Source: Eledone cirrhosa
Lineage: Eukaryota
DNA length: 64,000 nt
Assembly: GCA_964016885.1 (NCBI GenBank)
Contig: OZ024764.1
Span: forward strand, 16,492,001-16,556,000
Direction of reading: 5' to 3'
Shown here: positions 53,246 through 64,000 of the stretch, one piece after another
Position numbering within the stretch: the stretch's first letter is position 1
Layout: each line of letters starts with the position of its first letter
Translations under genes and position numbers: made by a program
Notes under the pieces: model-generated
What the model was told of the DNA's origin: nothing
What the model saw: only the letters and a program-made list of their open reading frames with translations
The model's database searches: none

Positions 53246-54182
53246 AATAAACCTTTCAAGGATTTACATAAATCCAGCCTCCTGTCATTTCATTATAATA
53301 TTATATATATATATATATATATATACGTACGTATGTATCAGGGTGGAGTCAGTTTGAAATTGGTTAGACCATTACTCAACAGAGTACTGGATACTTGGAG
53401 TAGTAGAATATGGTTATATTAGGTTGACTTTGCCTTTCATCCTTACGGGGTCGATAAAATAAAGTACCAGTAATGCACTGGGTATTTGCTGGCCTTGTGC
53501 CTACAGTAGAAACAATTATAAAGAGTCGTAACTAGCTGTTGACAGGTCAAGGGCCTCATTTATTTAAACTGCGGTGTCAATCCTTATTGTCTAACAACTA
53601 TTATAAAGCTTGCTGCATGTGCAGGTGCGCCATTTCAGTGTTTGCCATAGGCGCTACTTTCCCCTGTTACATCTCTGTATTTAGGACCACATAGAACAAA
53701 TGGTAGGTTGAAAGGGGTGGATAAACGAACCACTCACAGAACAATAGGTAACAATATCACGGGGAGGACTAGAAAACCTCTCTAAACATTTTTGAAGCAA
53801 GCCAACACGCTCGCAGCTTTGCCTGTGTATATATTTGCATATATAAATATATATATATTATATATATATATACAATTAATATACACACTATATACATATA
53901 TAGTGGGTGGTAGAAATAAAGACCAAATGTCCGCAGCCTTATTTTATTTCTTCTTTCTCTCACTCAGGTCATATATTTTGGTGTTATATATATATATATA
54001 TATAATGTGTGTGTGTTTATGTAAAAGGTAAACAAATAACAACACCATCAGTAGGTTAATGCTTAGGGTGTGCTCCACAAAAATATATACACTTTGATTA
54101 TATTTATGCTGAAGTGTGTATACATTTTTTGCCACACCCTGTATATATATATATATATTTATACAGGGTGTGCCAAAAAATC

Positions 54183-54437
54183 TTATATCTGGAGATCGCT
54201 GATCTCTCTGCACTTGTCGTCACATGGTGCCATGGGCCCAGCACCATGTGTCAATAATTGTCACAAGTGTAGTGTTTGTACCAGAGTTTTCAAGTCGCTG
54301 GCTGAACTAAAAAGTCACACTCGTTCAGCGCATCGGTAGGGGTTCTCCTACATGGATATAGAGTAGTGGCCGTACTCGAAAACGAGTTGGCAGCCACCAT
54401 ATGTATATATATGTGTATATATATGTATATATATATG

Positions 54438-54518
<81 letters not shown>

Positions 54519-54533
54519 GTATATATATATATG

Positions 54534-54589
<56 letters not shown>

Positions 54590-54801
54590 CATGGTGGCTG
54601 CCAACTCGTTTTCGAGTACGGCCACTACTTTATATCCATGTAGGAGAACCCCTACCGATGCGCTGAACAAGTGTGACTTTTTAGTCCAGCCAGCGACTTG
54701 AAAACTCTGGTACAAACACTACATTTGTGACAATTATTGACACATGGTGCTGGGCCCATGGTACCATGTGACGACAAGTGCAGAGAGATCTCCAGATATA
54801 A
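54183..54801. repeat. Inverted duplication of a LINE 3' end (~220 bp arms) around a (TA)n spacer
   Basis: Arms encode [22 protein letters not shown] and carry an ACTCGAAAACGAGT stem-loop; mirrored at ~54590-54801. Confidence 0.9.
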
Positions 54802-55008
54802 AGCAATGCCTGTGCCGTGAAGCTTTTATAGTGAGCAAAGGCACTGCACAAAGCCAGTCCCACTCTCTTAACCAAGATGATATTTACCAAAAAGAAGAAC
54901 AAGTCAACATCATTGGATACCATCAGGGTTGCAGGTGTTATATCAGAGTTTTCCTTCTCCTAGAATTCTGCCTTGACAAAGGCTAAGGGGTCATCTCTCC
55001 CAATATAC

Positions 55009-55061
<53 letters not shown>

Positions 55062-55146
55062 AGAAAACCCACAGATATGAATATATATATGTTATCTTTT
55101 TTTTTTTCTCCTCTATTTCATTGACCCGTGACCCCTGTTTGGACAG

Positions 55147-55316
55147 GTCACCTGTTGCTTTACTGGAGTGTAGCTGGCCAACGACCCAAGTCGAGACTGT
55201 TACCATGGTTAGAACAACGACCAATAGTGAGCCTCTGCTTTGACCCCTCAGCTACTTGGTTATTGGTCATCACTACACAGATTGATATGTTTATCATCCC
55301 GGCCTTGTCTTTGATG
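55147..55316 (+). CDS. Exon of uncharacterised protein
   Basis: cag|HLLLYWSVAG...IVSLCFDPSATWLLVITTQIDMFIIPALSLM|gtatgt; WD40-like blade. Confidence 0.85.
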
Positions 55317-55739
55317 GTATGTACCTCAACACCACCAGATTACACCACCATCTCCCTCTATATATATATATATGTATCTCTCTTCATCTCTCTCTCTATA
55401 TCTATATCTCCCTCTCTCTCTCTCTCTTTCCATCTATCTTTCTCCTCCCTCCATTTATCTCTGTCCTCTCTCTCTCTCCTGTCACCATATCTATATCTCT
55501 GTCTTTTCATCTCTCTGCCTCTCTCTGTCTCCCTCTCTCCATCTATATCTCTCTCTCTCTTTCCATCTATATCTATATCTCTCTCTGTCTCTCTCTGTCT
55601 CCATCTATGTCTCTCTCTCTCCATATCTCTCTCTCTCCATCTCTTTTCATCTCTCTGTCTCTCTCTGTCTCCCTCTCTCCATCTATATCTCTCTCATTCC
55701 ATATCTCTCTCTCCTGCCATCTCTATCTTCATCTCTATC

Positions 55740-55777
<38 letters not shown>

Positions 55778-55965
55778 TATGGTTTTATAAATATAGTTTC
55801 CATTTATTAATATATTGTGTATTTACTCCACTAACTTGTTGAGTGCTTTATATCAGTTATAAAAATGTTTAAGCTTGTTGAATCCCAACAAATTAAATAT
55901 AACCTCTACATATATATATTATATTCATCACCATCATCATTTAATGTCTATCTTCCAGGCTATGT

Positions 55966-56014
<49 letters not shown>

Positions 56015-56036
56015 TCTCCTTCTGTCCACTCCCCAG

Positions 56037-56109
56037 GACCCCCAGAGTAAGGTGGATGCAACCTGGAAAAGAGATGATGCCACTCACATAAGGTTTAAGA
56101 AGCCAAAAG
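56037..56109 (+). CDS. Exon of uncharacterised protein
   Basis: ccag|DPQSKVDATWKRDDATHIRFKKPK-G|gtaagt; phases consistent. Confidence 0.85.
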
Positions 56110-56639
56110 GTAAGTTAAACTTTAAAAATAAACTCAGTCCCCGATCTTGTGTCATACTCTAGCATTTAACACTTTAGCATTTACATTATATTATAAAATA
56201 CTTGTTTCTACTTTAGGCACAAGGCCAGCAATTATCCCAGTGTATTACTGGTACTTTATTATATCGACCCCCGTAAGGATGAAAGGCAAAGTTAACCTCG
56301 GCTGGATTTGAACTCAGAATGGCAAGGGCCGTAACTCTTTGCGTCAAAGCATGGCGACCGACCCTCTACCGATACTGCCAATCCACCTTGAGGGTCGGAC
56401 GCCATGCTTTGACACATAGAGTTATGGCCCTTGCCATTCTGAGTTCAAATTCCACCGAGGTTAACTTGGCCTTTCATCCTTACGGGGTCGATTTAATCGA
56501 CTTTCCCCTCTTCCCAAATTGTTGGCCTTGTGCCTATATAAGAAATCATTATAAATATGCTAACAATTTGAAGTTTCGGTGTTTGTTTTTCTTTTTTCTT
56601 TCATTCTTTGTTTCTCCCCTTTTTTTTTTGTTTCGTCAG

Positions 56640-56707
56640 GTTTTCCTTCTGCTCTCTGTTGGTGGCACACATTGACGGGTTACGATGTCGCCATTATTGG
56701 AACGTCG
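56640..56707 (+). CDS. Exon of uncharacterised protein
   Basis: tcag|(G)FPSALCWWHTLTGYDVAIIGTS|gtgagt. Confidence 0.85.
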
Positions 56708-56949
56708 GTGAGTACACAGCATCGTTTGTCATCAGTCTGATCTGAAGGACAGGCATAACTAGGGTAAATAGCGCCTGAGGCAAACAGTAGAATTACACCC
56801 CTTTCCGTCTTTCAGACAACCATAAAATCAACTCAAAAATACCAATCACGTTAATTCTTTTCTCCAGGTATCCTTTACACTTAAGTATACCTGAAGTATT
56901 TGAAAAAGTGGGAGTGTATTTAACCCATTAACATTTAAACCGACTGCAT

Positions 56950-57175
56950 CCGGTCTTCCTCTACTACATCTTCCTTCTACTGGCATTTCTTGACACTTCT
57001 TTACCCAGCAGTCATCCTCCATGTACATCACATGTCCATACCATCTCAGCCTTCTCTCCCACACACCACAACTTATCCCTCTTATACCCAGTTTCTCTCT
57101 CAACTCGTCTATACTTGGTTGTTCACATACATTAACATTCACACATCCAACAGAACATGCTTGCTTCATTTCTCT
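56950..57175 (-). mobile_element. RTE LINE fragment
   Basis: ELREKLGI...ERRLRWYGHVMYM..CWVKK...RGRP. Confidence 0.8.
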
Positions 57176-57247
57176 CCAGCCTCAATATTACTGTCCAATA
57201 TTATATAATTATATTTCTTTATTTTTCATGTAAACTATCGTCGCCAG

Positions 57248-57370
57248 CTGGGTGAGTTGGTGTTTGTTAATCTACACACCAAGAGAATTTTGGCCAATTC
57301 CACCATACAGTCCTACATCGTTAAGTTAGACCTTATATTTGATGATGAGCAAGTTAGTCGACATCTTTTG
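57248..57370 (+). CDS. Exon of uncharacterised protein
   Basis: ccag|LGELVFVNLHTK...DDEQVSRHLL|gtaagt; 123 nt. Confidence 0.85.
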
Positions 57371-57529
57371 GTAAGTTGTTTTCTTTCACACATCTGTAAG
57401 GGTGTTGGTAGGGTGGTGTGGTTGTGGTAGTGTGGTGGTAGTGGTGATGCTGGTTGTGCGGTGATGGTTTGGTGGTGGTTGTAGTGTGGTGATATAGTAG
57501 TGGTGGATTTTTGGGTGGTTTTGAGGGTG

Positions 57530-57960
57530 CTGAAACCGTTGTGCTTGCACTCATTCAGTGCCCGAGCATTGCTGACTTGTGGGACTGTGTCAAACAGATT
57601 CTGTCGCGTGTAGGACGGATCCGGTTATCGACTGAGTCCATTGTGCAAATAGCCCTGCTGTCCTCCTTTAAGGAGGAGGAAGGGCAGGCAGTTTTCATCT
57701 GCCTGGTGGCTATGGTGAAAGAGATTGTATGGTGGACAAGGTTGAAAGGGTTAAAGACAGACACTTTCCTCTTCGGCGAATCCCTGATTAACTTTTTCAA
57801 ATTTCACTTGAAGAGGAAAATCAGGGTGGAGAAGCAAGTGCTGCCTTCTAGTAAGTTTGTTGAACGGTGGGTAAAAGTGGTAAGTCTGGTCCAAGTGAAT
57901 GGGCCCACTCTAAGTATGCGCCTGTAGACTGAAGAGTGGGAGAACTGAGAGAGGGTGCTT
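57530..57960 (+). mobile_element. Tx1/L1-group LINE 3' fragment
   Basis: ETV..ALIQCPSIADLW...VWWTR...FFKFHL...RWVKV; homologous to 37120-37510. Confidence 0.7.
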
Positions 57961-58152
57961 GCCCTGGTGGTCAGGGTGTCTGTGGTCTTTTGTGTGGTTT
58001 ACGGCCCTTTATGGTCTGAGTTCAAATCCCGCCGAGGTTAACTTTGCCTTTCATCCTTACGAGGTCGATAAAATAAAGTACCAGTAATACACTGGGATAA
58101 TTGCTGGCCTTGTGCCAAAAGTAGACATAATTATTATATTATAATTGTGTAG

Positions 58153-58303
58153 GTGACCTCAAAGAAAGGGTCTCAATGGCAGCTATTGTTGGAGAAGTTA
58201 AACAGGTCAGAATGGTACCAGGAGATAGAATTGGTGGCCAAGAATTCCATCTTGTCTTCAGAAGATACTTACAGTAACGTGGTCAGCATCATTGACCGAG
58301 CAG
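58153..58303 (+). CDS. Exon of uncharacterised protein
   Basis: tag|VTSKKGSQWQLLLEK...IIDRA-G|gtcagt. Confidence 0.8.
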
Positions 58304-58327
58304 GTCAGTCTCTCTCTTACCTTCTCT

Positions 58328-58391
<64 letters not shown>

Positions 58392-58673
58392 CCCTCTCTC
58401 TCTCTCTCTCATTACTGTTGTACAAAAGGTTAGGAACCACAGCTAAAACATTACAGGGTGTTAAGAGATAACACTACAAATTTTCACAACAATCTGTCCA
58501 CTAGTAAAGATACTATAAACATTTGAATTAAAAAACTTGGTTTTAGATATTTTCTGCTAAATAATTACAGAGTGTTAAGAGTTAGACATTGTTCTCTCAA
58601 ATCTTACCCTCCATGTCTCATTTAAATGTTTCTCTCTATCTGTTTCACTACTGGTCACCTCAATACTCGCCAG

Positions 58674-58801
58674 CCGGCTACCAAGACCTCTTCTGGCCAG
58701 TATACTTCCCCCAATTTGGTCGTTCTATTCAGCTGTCCCCACAGTATGCCAAGGGACGCCAGCTTGTTGCTGCGCACTGCTGTCGCACCTGTACATATCA
58801 A
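58674..58801 (+). CDS. Exon of uncharacterised protein
   Basis: ccag|(A)GYQDLFWPVYFPQFGRSIQLSPQYAKGRQLVAAHCCRTCTYQ|gtaagt. Confidence 0.8.
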
Positions 58802-58844
58802 GTAAGTTGGCTGCCTTTTGTTTTGTATTTTGCTACCTACACCC

Positions 58845-59130
58845 AGTACACTCTGTAAAGTGATAGTTTTGGTGTCATGATAAAATACACCCAATACACT
58901 CTGTAAAGTGGTGGTGCTGGTGCCACAATAAAATACACCCAGTACACTCTGTAAGGTGGTGGTGCTGGTGCCACAATAAAATACACCCAGTACACTCTGT
59001 AAAGTGCTGGTGCTGGTGCCACAATAAAATACACCCAGTACACTCTGTAAAGTGCTGGTGTTGGTGCCACAATAAAATACACCCAGTACACTCTGTAAAG
59101 TGGCGGTGCTGGTGCCACAATAAAGTACAC
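58845..59130. repeat. 48-bp minisatellite
   Basis: CCCAGTACACTCTGTAAAGTGCTGGTGCTGGTGCCACAATAAAATACA, about 6 copies. Confidence 0.9.
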
Positions 59131-59162
59131 CCATCTCACCCCCTGTTTCCATCTCTCCACAG

Positions 59163-59333
59163 ATCTATGACTGTTCTATACAAAGGTCACCCCTCTATAT
59201 CTATAAACTACCACTTGGAGCTCACAACACAGTCTTCACCGATAGGTTGATATTTTTAAACACATGGCAAGATGGCAAAAAACTCTTTCTATTGGCCAAC
59301 CAGAAGGCAGAGACATTTCCAGGTTCTGAACAG
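59163..59333 (+). CDS. Exon of uncharacterised protein
   Basis: cag|IYDCSIQRSPLYIYKLP...AETFPGSEQ|gtaagt; 171 nt. Confidence 0.85.
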
Positions 59334-59943
59334 GTAAGTGGACTTAGTAATGGTGTAGATGTGAAAGTACATGGCTTAGTGCTTAGGGAGTTTGACTTAC
59401 AATGATAAAGTTATGAGTTCAATTCCTGCACTAGGCTGTGTTGTGTTCTTGAGCAAGACATTTCATTTCATGTTGATTTTTGTGCTAGGACTGGGGTCCC
59501 TATCATTAAAACACATGAGAAACCTCCTATGAGATACAACCTTGTAGGAGGCCAGCTAAAGCTATATAGGTGTGAGCTGAGACAACATCTACAATGTAGG
59601 ATCCCTTATCATTAAACCCCTGAGAAACCTCCTCTGTAGGAGGCCAGCTAAACCTACATAGGTGTGAGCTGTAAGAACGATATGATAGAGAGGTTTAGCT
59701 GGCCTCTTACAAGGTTGTACCTCATAGTAGATTTCTCAGGTGTTTTAAAGATAGGGACTTCCTTTGTAGGTTTAGATAGTCTTCTACAAGGTTGTGTCTC
59801 TTATGAGGTTTCTCAGGTGTTTTAATGATAGAGACCCCAGTCCTATCATGTTGTTGTTACAGTTTGCACCTATCCAACCATGAAACTATCTATCTATCCA
59901 CCCAACCATCTATTTGGCTCTATTTCCGTCTGTACCATTTCAG

Positions 59944-60182
59944 GGCCTCAGTCCGGAGTGTGTGCTGCAGACGTTTGACCTACCATGTGAGGAGAAAGTC
60001 CTTGGAATTGTGAAGAAGTCTTACCCCTTCTACTGGCATGAGAAACAAGAATCTTGCATGAACTTGTCCCATGCTGAGCTCATGTCTGATCTCAGTCCTT
60101 ACTCTGTCCCTGTCACACGACATTCGGTCCTTGATGGGTGCCTCGTCATCACAGAGTGCGCTGTCTATGAGTGCCGTCCAAG
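59944..60182 (+). CDS. Exon of uncharacterised protein
   Basis: ttcag|GLSPECVLQTFDLP...LDGCLVITECAVYECRP-AG|gtaaga. Confidence 0.88.
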
Positions 60183-60383
60183 GTAAGATTCGTACGTAAG
60201 AGTGGGCAGAGGTGTTCAATGTATCAGGGAGACAGGTGTCCACTGTGTGCATGTTCTGAGGCATACACACTGTACTACACTGTGTTTCCTACACTACCGC
60301 ACTCTCACACATACATACATACACACTGCACTACCACACACACACATTGCAGTCTACACACACAAACACAAGAACCAAGATAC

Positions 60384-62316
60384 TTAACCCTTTATTATTT
60401 ACATTACTCTATATATACTATTGTATTGTCACAGTAAAGGCTTTACCTCACATAATACCCCACATAACATTTACATTACTCTATATATACTATTGTATTG
60501 TCACAGTAAAGGCTTTACCTCACATAATATCTCACATAACATTTACATTACTCTATATATACTATTGTATTTTCACAGTAAAGGCTTTACCTCACATAAT
60601 ATCTCACATAACATTTACATTACTCTATATATACTATTGTATTGTCACAGTAAAGGCTTTACCTCACATAATACCCCACATAACATTTACATTACTCTAT
60701 ATATACTATTGTATTGTCACAGTAAAGGCTTTACCTCACATAATATCTCACATCACATTTACATTACTCTATATATACTATTGTATTGTCACAGTAAAGG
60801 CTTTACCTCACATAATATCTCACATAACATTTACATTACTCTATATATACTATTGTATTGTCACAGTAAAGGCTTTACCTCACATAATATCTCACATCAC
60901 ATTTACATTACTCTATATATACTATTGTATTGTCACAGTAAAGGCTTTACCTCACATAATATCTCACATAACATTTACATTACTCTATATATACTATTGT
61001 ATTGTCACAGTAAAGGCTTTACCTCACATAATATCTCACATAACATTTACATTACTCTATATATACTATTGTATTGTCACAGTAAAGGCTTTACCTCACA
61101 TAATATCTCACATAACATTTACATTACTCTATATATACTATTGTATTGTCACAGTAAAGGCTTTACCTCACATAATATCTCACATAACATTTACATTACT
61201 CTATATATACTATTGTATTGTCACAGTAAAGGCTTTACCTCACATAATATCTCACATCACATTTACATTACTCTATATATACTATTGTATTGTCACAGTA
61301 AAGGCTTTACCTCACATAATATCTCACATAACATTTACATTACTCTATATATACTATTGTATTGTCACAGTAAAGGCTTTACCTCACATAATATCTCACA
61401 TCACATTTACATTACTCTATATATACTATTGTATTGTCACAGTAAAGGCTTTACCTCACATAATATCTCACATAACATTTACATTACTCTATATATACTA
61501 TTGTATTTTCACAGTAAAGGCTTTACCTCACATAATATCTCACATAACATTTACATTACTCTATATATACTATTGTATTGTCACAGTAAAGGCTTTACCT
61601 CACATAATACCCCACATAACATTTACATTACTCTATATATACTATTGTATTGTCACAGTAAAGGCTTTACCTCACATAATATCTCACATAACATTTACAT
61701 TACTCTATATATACTATTGTATTGTCACAGTAAAGGCTTTACCTCACATAATATCTCACATCACATTTACATTACTCTATATATACTATTGTATTGTCAC
61801 AGTAAAGTCTTTACCTCACATAATATCTCACATAACATTTACATTACTCTATATATACTATTGTATTGTCACAGTAAAGGCTTTACCTCACATAATATCT
61901 CACATAACATTTACATTACTCTATATATACTATTGTATTTTCACAGTAAAGGCTTTACCTCACATAATATCTCACATAACATTTATATTACTCTATATAT
62001 ACTATTGTATTGTCACAGTAAAGGCTTTACCTCACATAATATCACATAACATTTACATTACTCTATATATACTATTGTATTGTCACAGTAAAGGCTTTAC
62101 CACACATAATATCTCACATAACATTTACATTACTCTATATATACTATTGTATTGTCACAGTAAAGGCTTTACCTCACATAATATTGAATCTATGAGATTT
62201 TGATATTATTTGTTTTGAGAACAATACCTTAACATCAGTATGAGTGGCTGGTTACCGCTGGTTTGAACAGAAAGAGTTGAGAGAATTCTGGCCAGTTTAA
62301 TTGCTAAAGGGTTTAA
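60384..62316 (+). repeat. Complete piggyBac-type MITE with about 25 internal 72-bp repeats
   Basis: TTAA|CCCTTTA left end, the array, the normal MITE body, then TGCTAAAGGG right end. Confidence 0.93.
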
Positions 62317-62401
62317 ATCATTAGTTTTCTTAATTTCACATCCATCTTGTTTTGGGGGTCGTTAGAGCAGATATGTAGCTGTTGTTGTTTTTGTTGTGCA
62401 G

Positions 62402-62579
62402 GATCTCTCCGGAACGCTACTTCTTCCAGCTGGCCCTTCACCCTACAGACTGCGTCCATGTTGACCACTTTGCGGTCAGCCTTGGCTTGGATTACAACCA
62501 ACTGTTTCAGTTGGCCACAGACCACCTGCTGACCAAGGGACATTTTACACATGCTCTGCGTCTATTCAAGATGGCCAAG
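62402..62579 (+). CDS. Exon of uncharacterised protein
   Basis: gcag|(R)ISPERYFFQLAL...LGLDYNQLFQLATDHLL...ALRLFKMAK|gt; helical-repeat-like. Confidence 0.88.
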
Positions 62580-62599
62580 GTTTGTATATTAATCCTCTC

Positions 62600-63160
62600 A
62601 GACTGGGGTCCTTATGTTAGCTTCACCCTTCACCTGGGTCCTTATGTCTAGCTTTGCCCTTCACCTTGGTTCCTATGTCTAGCTTTACTCTTCAACTGAG
62701 TCCTTATGTCTAGCTTTGCCTTTCACCTAGGTCCCTATGTCTAGCTTTACCTTTCACCTGGGTCATTATGTCTAGCTTTGCCCTTCACCTGGGTCCCTAT
62801 GTCTAACTTTACCTTCTCAGACCTGGGTCCCTATGCCCAACATTGGGAATCACTGCTCTAAACCAATCCTTCTACCTCCACACTTAGTTCCCAGCCAATT
62901 AGGGGAGCAGGGATGCTCTACATTGGGTATCACTGCTCTCTACATTCAGCTAAACCAATCCTTCTACCTCCACACTTAGTTCCCAGCCAGTTAGGGGGAG
63001 CAGGGATGCTCTACATTGGGTATCACTGCTCTCTACATTCAGTTAACCCAATCCTTCTACCTCCACACTTAGTTCCCAGCCAGTTAGGGGGAGCAGGGAT
63101 GCTCTACATTGGGTATCACTGCTCTCCACATTCAGCTAAACCAATCCTTCTTCCACCACA
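62600..63160. repeat. ~32-bp tandem repeat followed by a 93-bp tandem repeat
   Basis: CCCTATGTCTAGCTTTGCCCTTCACCTGGGT-like units, then about 3 x 93-bp units. Confidence 0.8.
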
Positions 63161-63176
63161 CTCCTTCTCGTTGCAG

Positions 63177-63382
63177 TCTTCTTATGTGAAACGTGTAGCA
63201 TCGTTAGCTTCTTATGGTTGTATCCAGGAGATGATGACCTATGTACAGTACATTCTGAAGAAGGGAGGTGAGGAAGTGAGCACCCAGGAGGCGAAACGCC
63301 TCTCTGACATTGCTCTCTATGGATTCATCTACCTCATCAAACGGGGCCGCAACAAGAACCCAAACCTCATGGCAGCTTTCAG
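63177..63382 (+). CDS. Exon of uncharacterised protein; gene continues beyond the window
   Basis: gcag|SSYVKRVASLASYGCIQEMMTYV...LMAAF-AG|gtaaag. Confidence 0.85.
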
Positions 63383-63559
63383 GTAAAGTCTAACTCTTCT
63401 TGCTATTTTCAACATTTACTTTCATCTTCTTTACATTTTCTACATCCTAATTAGTGTGTGTATCATCATCATCATCATCATCATCGTTTAACGTCCATAT
63501 TCCACGCTCGCATGGGTTTGGACGGTGTATATATATATGTGTGTATCTCTATCTATCTA

Positions 63560-63745
63560 AGGCGGGTAAAATTCCCGAGATCCATGGACGAGTTCTCTCC
63601 AGTGGTCTCTGTCCCTCATTATCGCTGCCATGTCCTGCGTCTCCAACAGACCAGTGTCTGTACTTAGGGCATCAACATACGTTAACCTTGGTCTTCCTCT
63701 TCTAGTGTGTCCATGTAGGGGCTCCCAAAGGAGTACTGAGTGCAA
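63560..63745 (-). mobile_element. RTE-like LINE 3' fragment
   Basis: VLLWEPLHGHTRRGRPRLTYVDAL...MRDRDHWRELV. Confidence 0.75.
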
Positions 63746-63768
63746 TGTCAACTCTGGATGTCGGTATA

Positions 63769-63816
<48 letters not shown>

Positions 63817-64000
63817 TAAATTAGCGAGAATCATATTTCGGCTTAGGAATTAACGAAGAACAACCTCCAATATGTGTGGCAAGCGCTCGATGATTCAGAT
63901 GAATCAGAGCTACAACATACGTTAAGGGCCAAACACACTGAGACGATGGTTAAACAAACATCCGCACAGCCAAAGAAACGACCAAGTAATTCGGGTCAAA

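Overview
This is eukaryotic, very repeat-rich DNA with GT-AG introns and large (TA)n/(CA)n/(CT)n/(CAC)n fields. The repeat content looks cephalopod/octopus-like, which is an inference. Three + strand protein-coding loci are visible. The first is a terminal exon at 7909-8753 resembling an ankyrin C-terminal tail. The second is bleomycin hydrolase (BLMH), with 10 phase-consistent coding exons at 32044-44388 and an intact Cys/His/Asn triad; its start exon was not located. The third is an unidentified multi-exon gene from 51033 to beyond the window end, with a beta-propeller-like N-terminus followed by a helical region. Mobile DNA includes a decayed mariner, piggyBac-type MITEs, tRNA-derived SINEs and CR1/L2-, CRE-, RTE- and Tx1-like LINE fragments. 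The most notable unannotated signal is about seven type I hammerhead-ribozyme folds from several families, several with palindromic stem III like those of Penelope-like elements; one intact-looking copy and one degenerate copy lie sense within introns. Other notable signals are repeated fold-back palindromes centred on microsatellites and several satellites visibly derived from transposon segments. All calls were read by eye; no alignments or folding programs were run.
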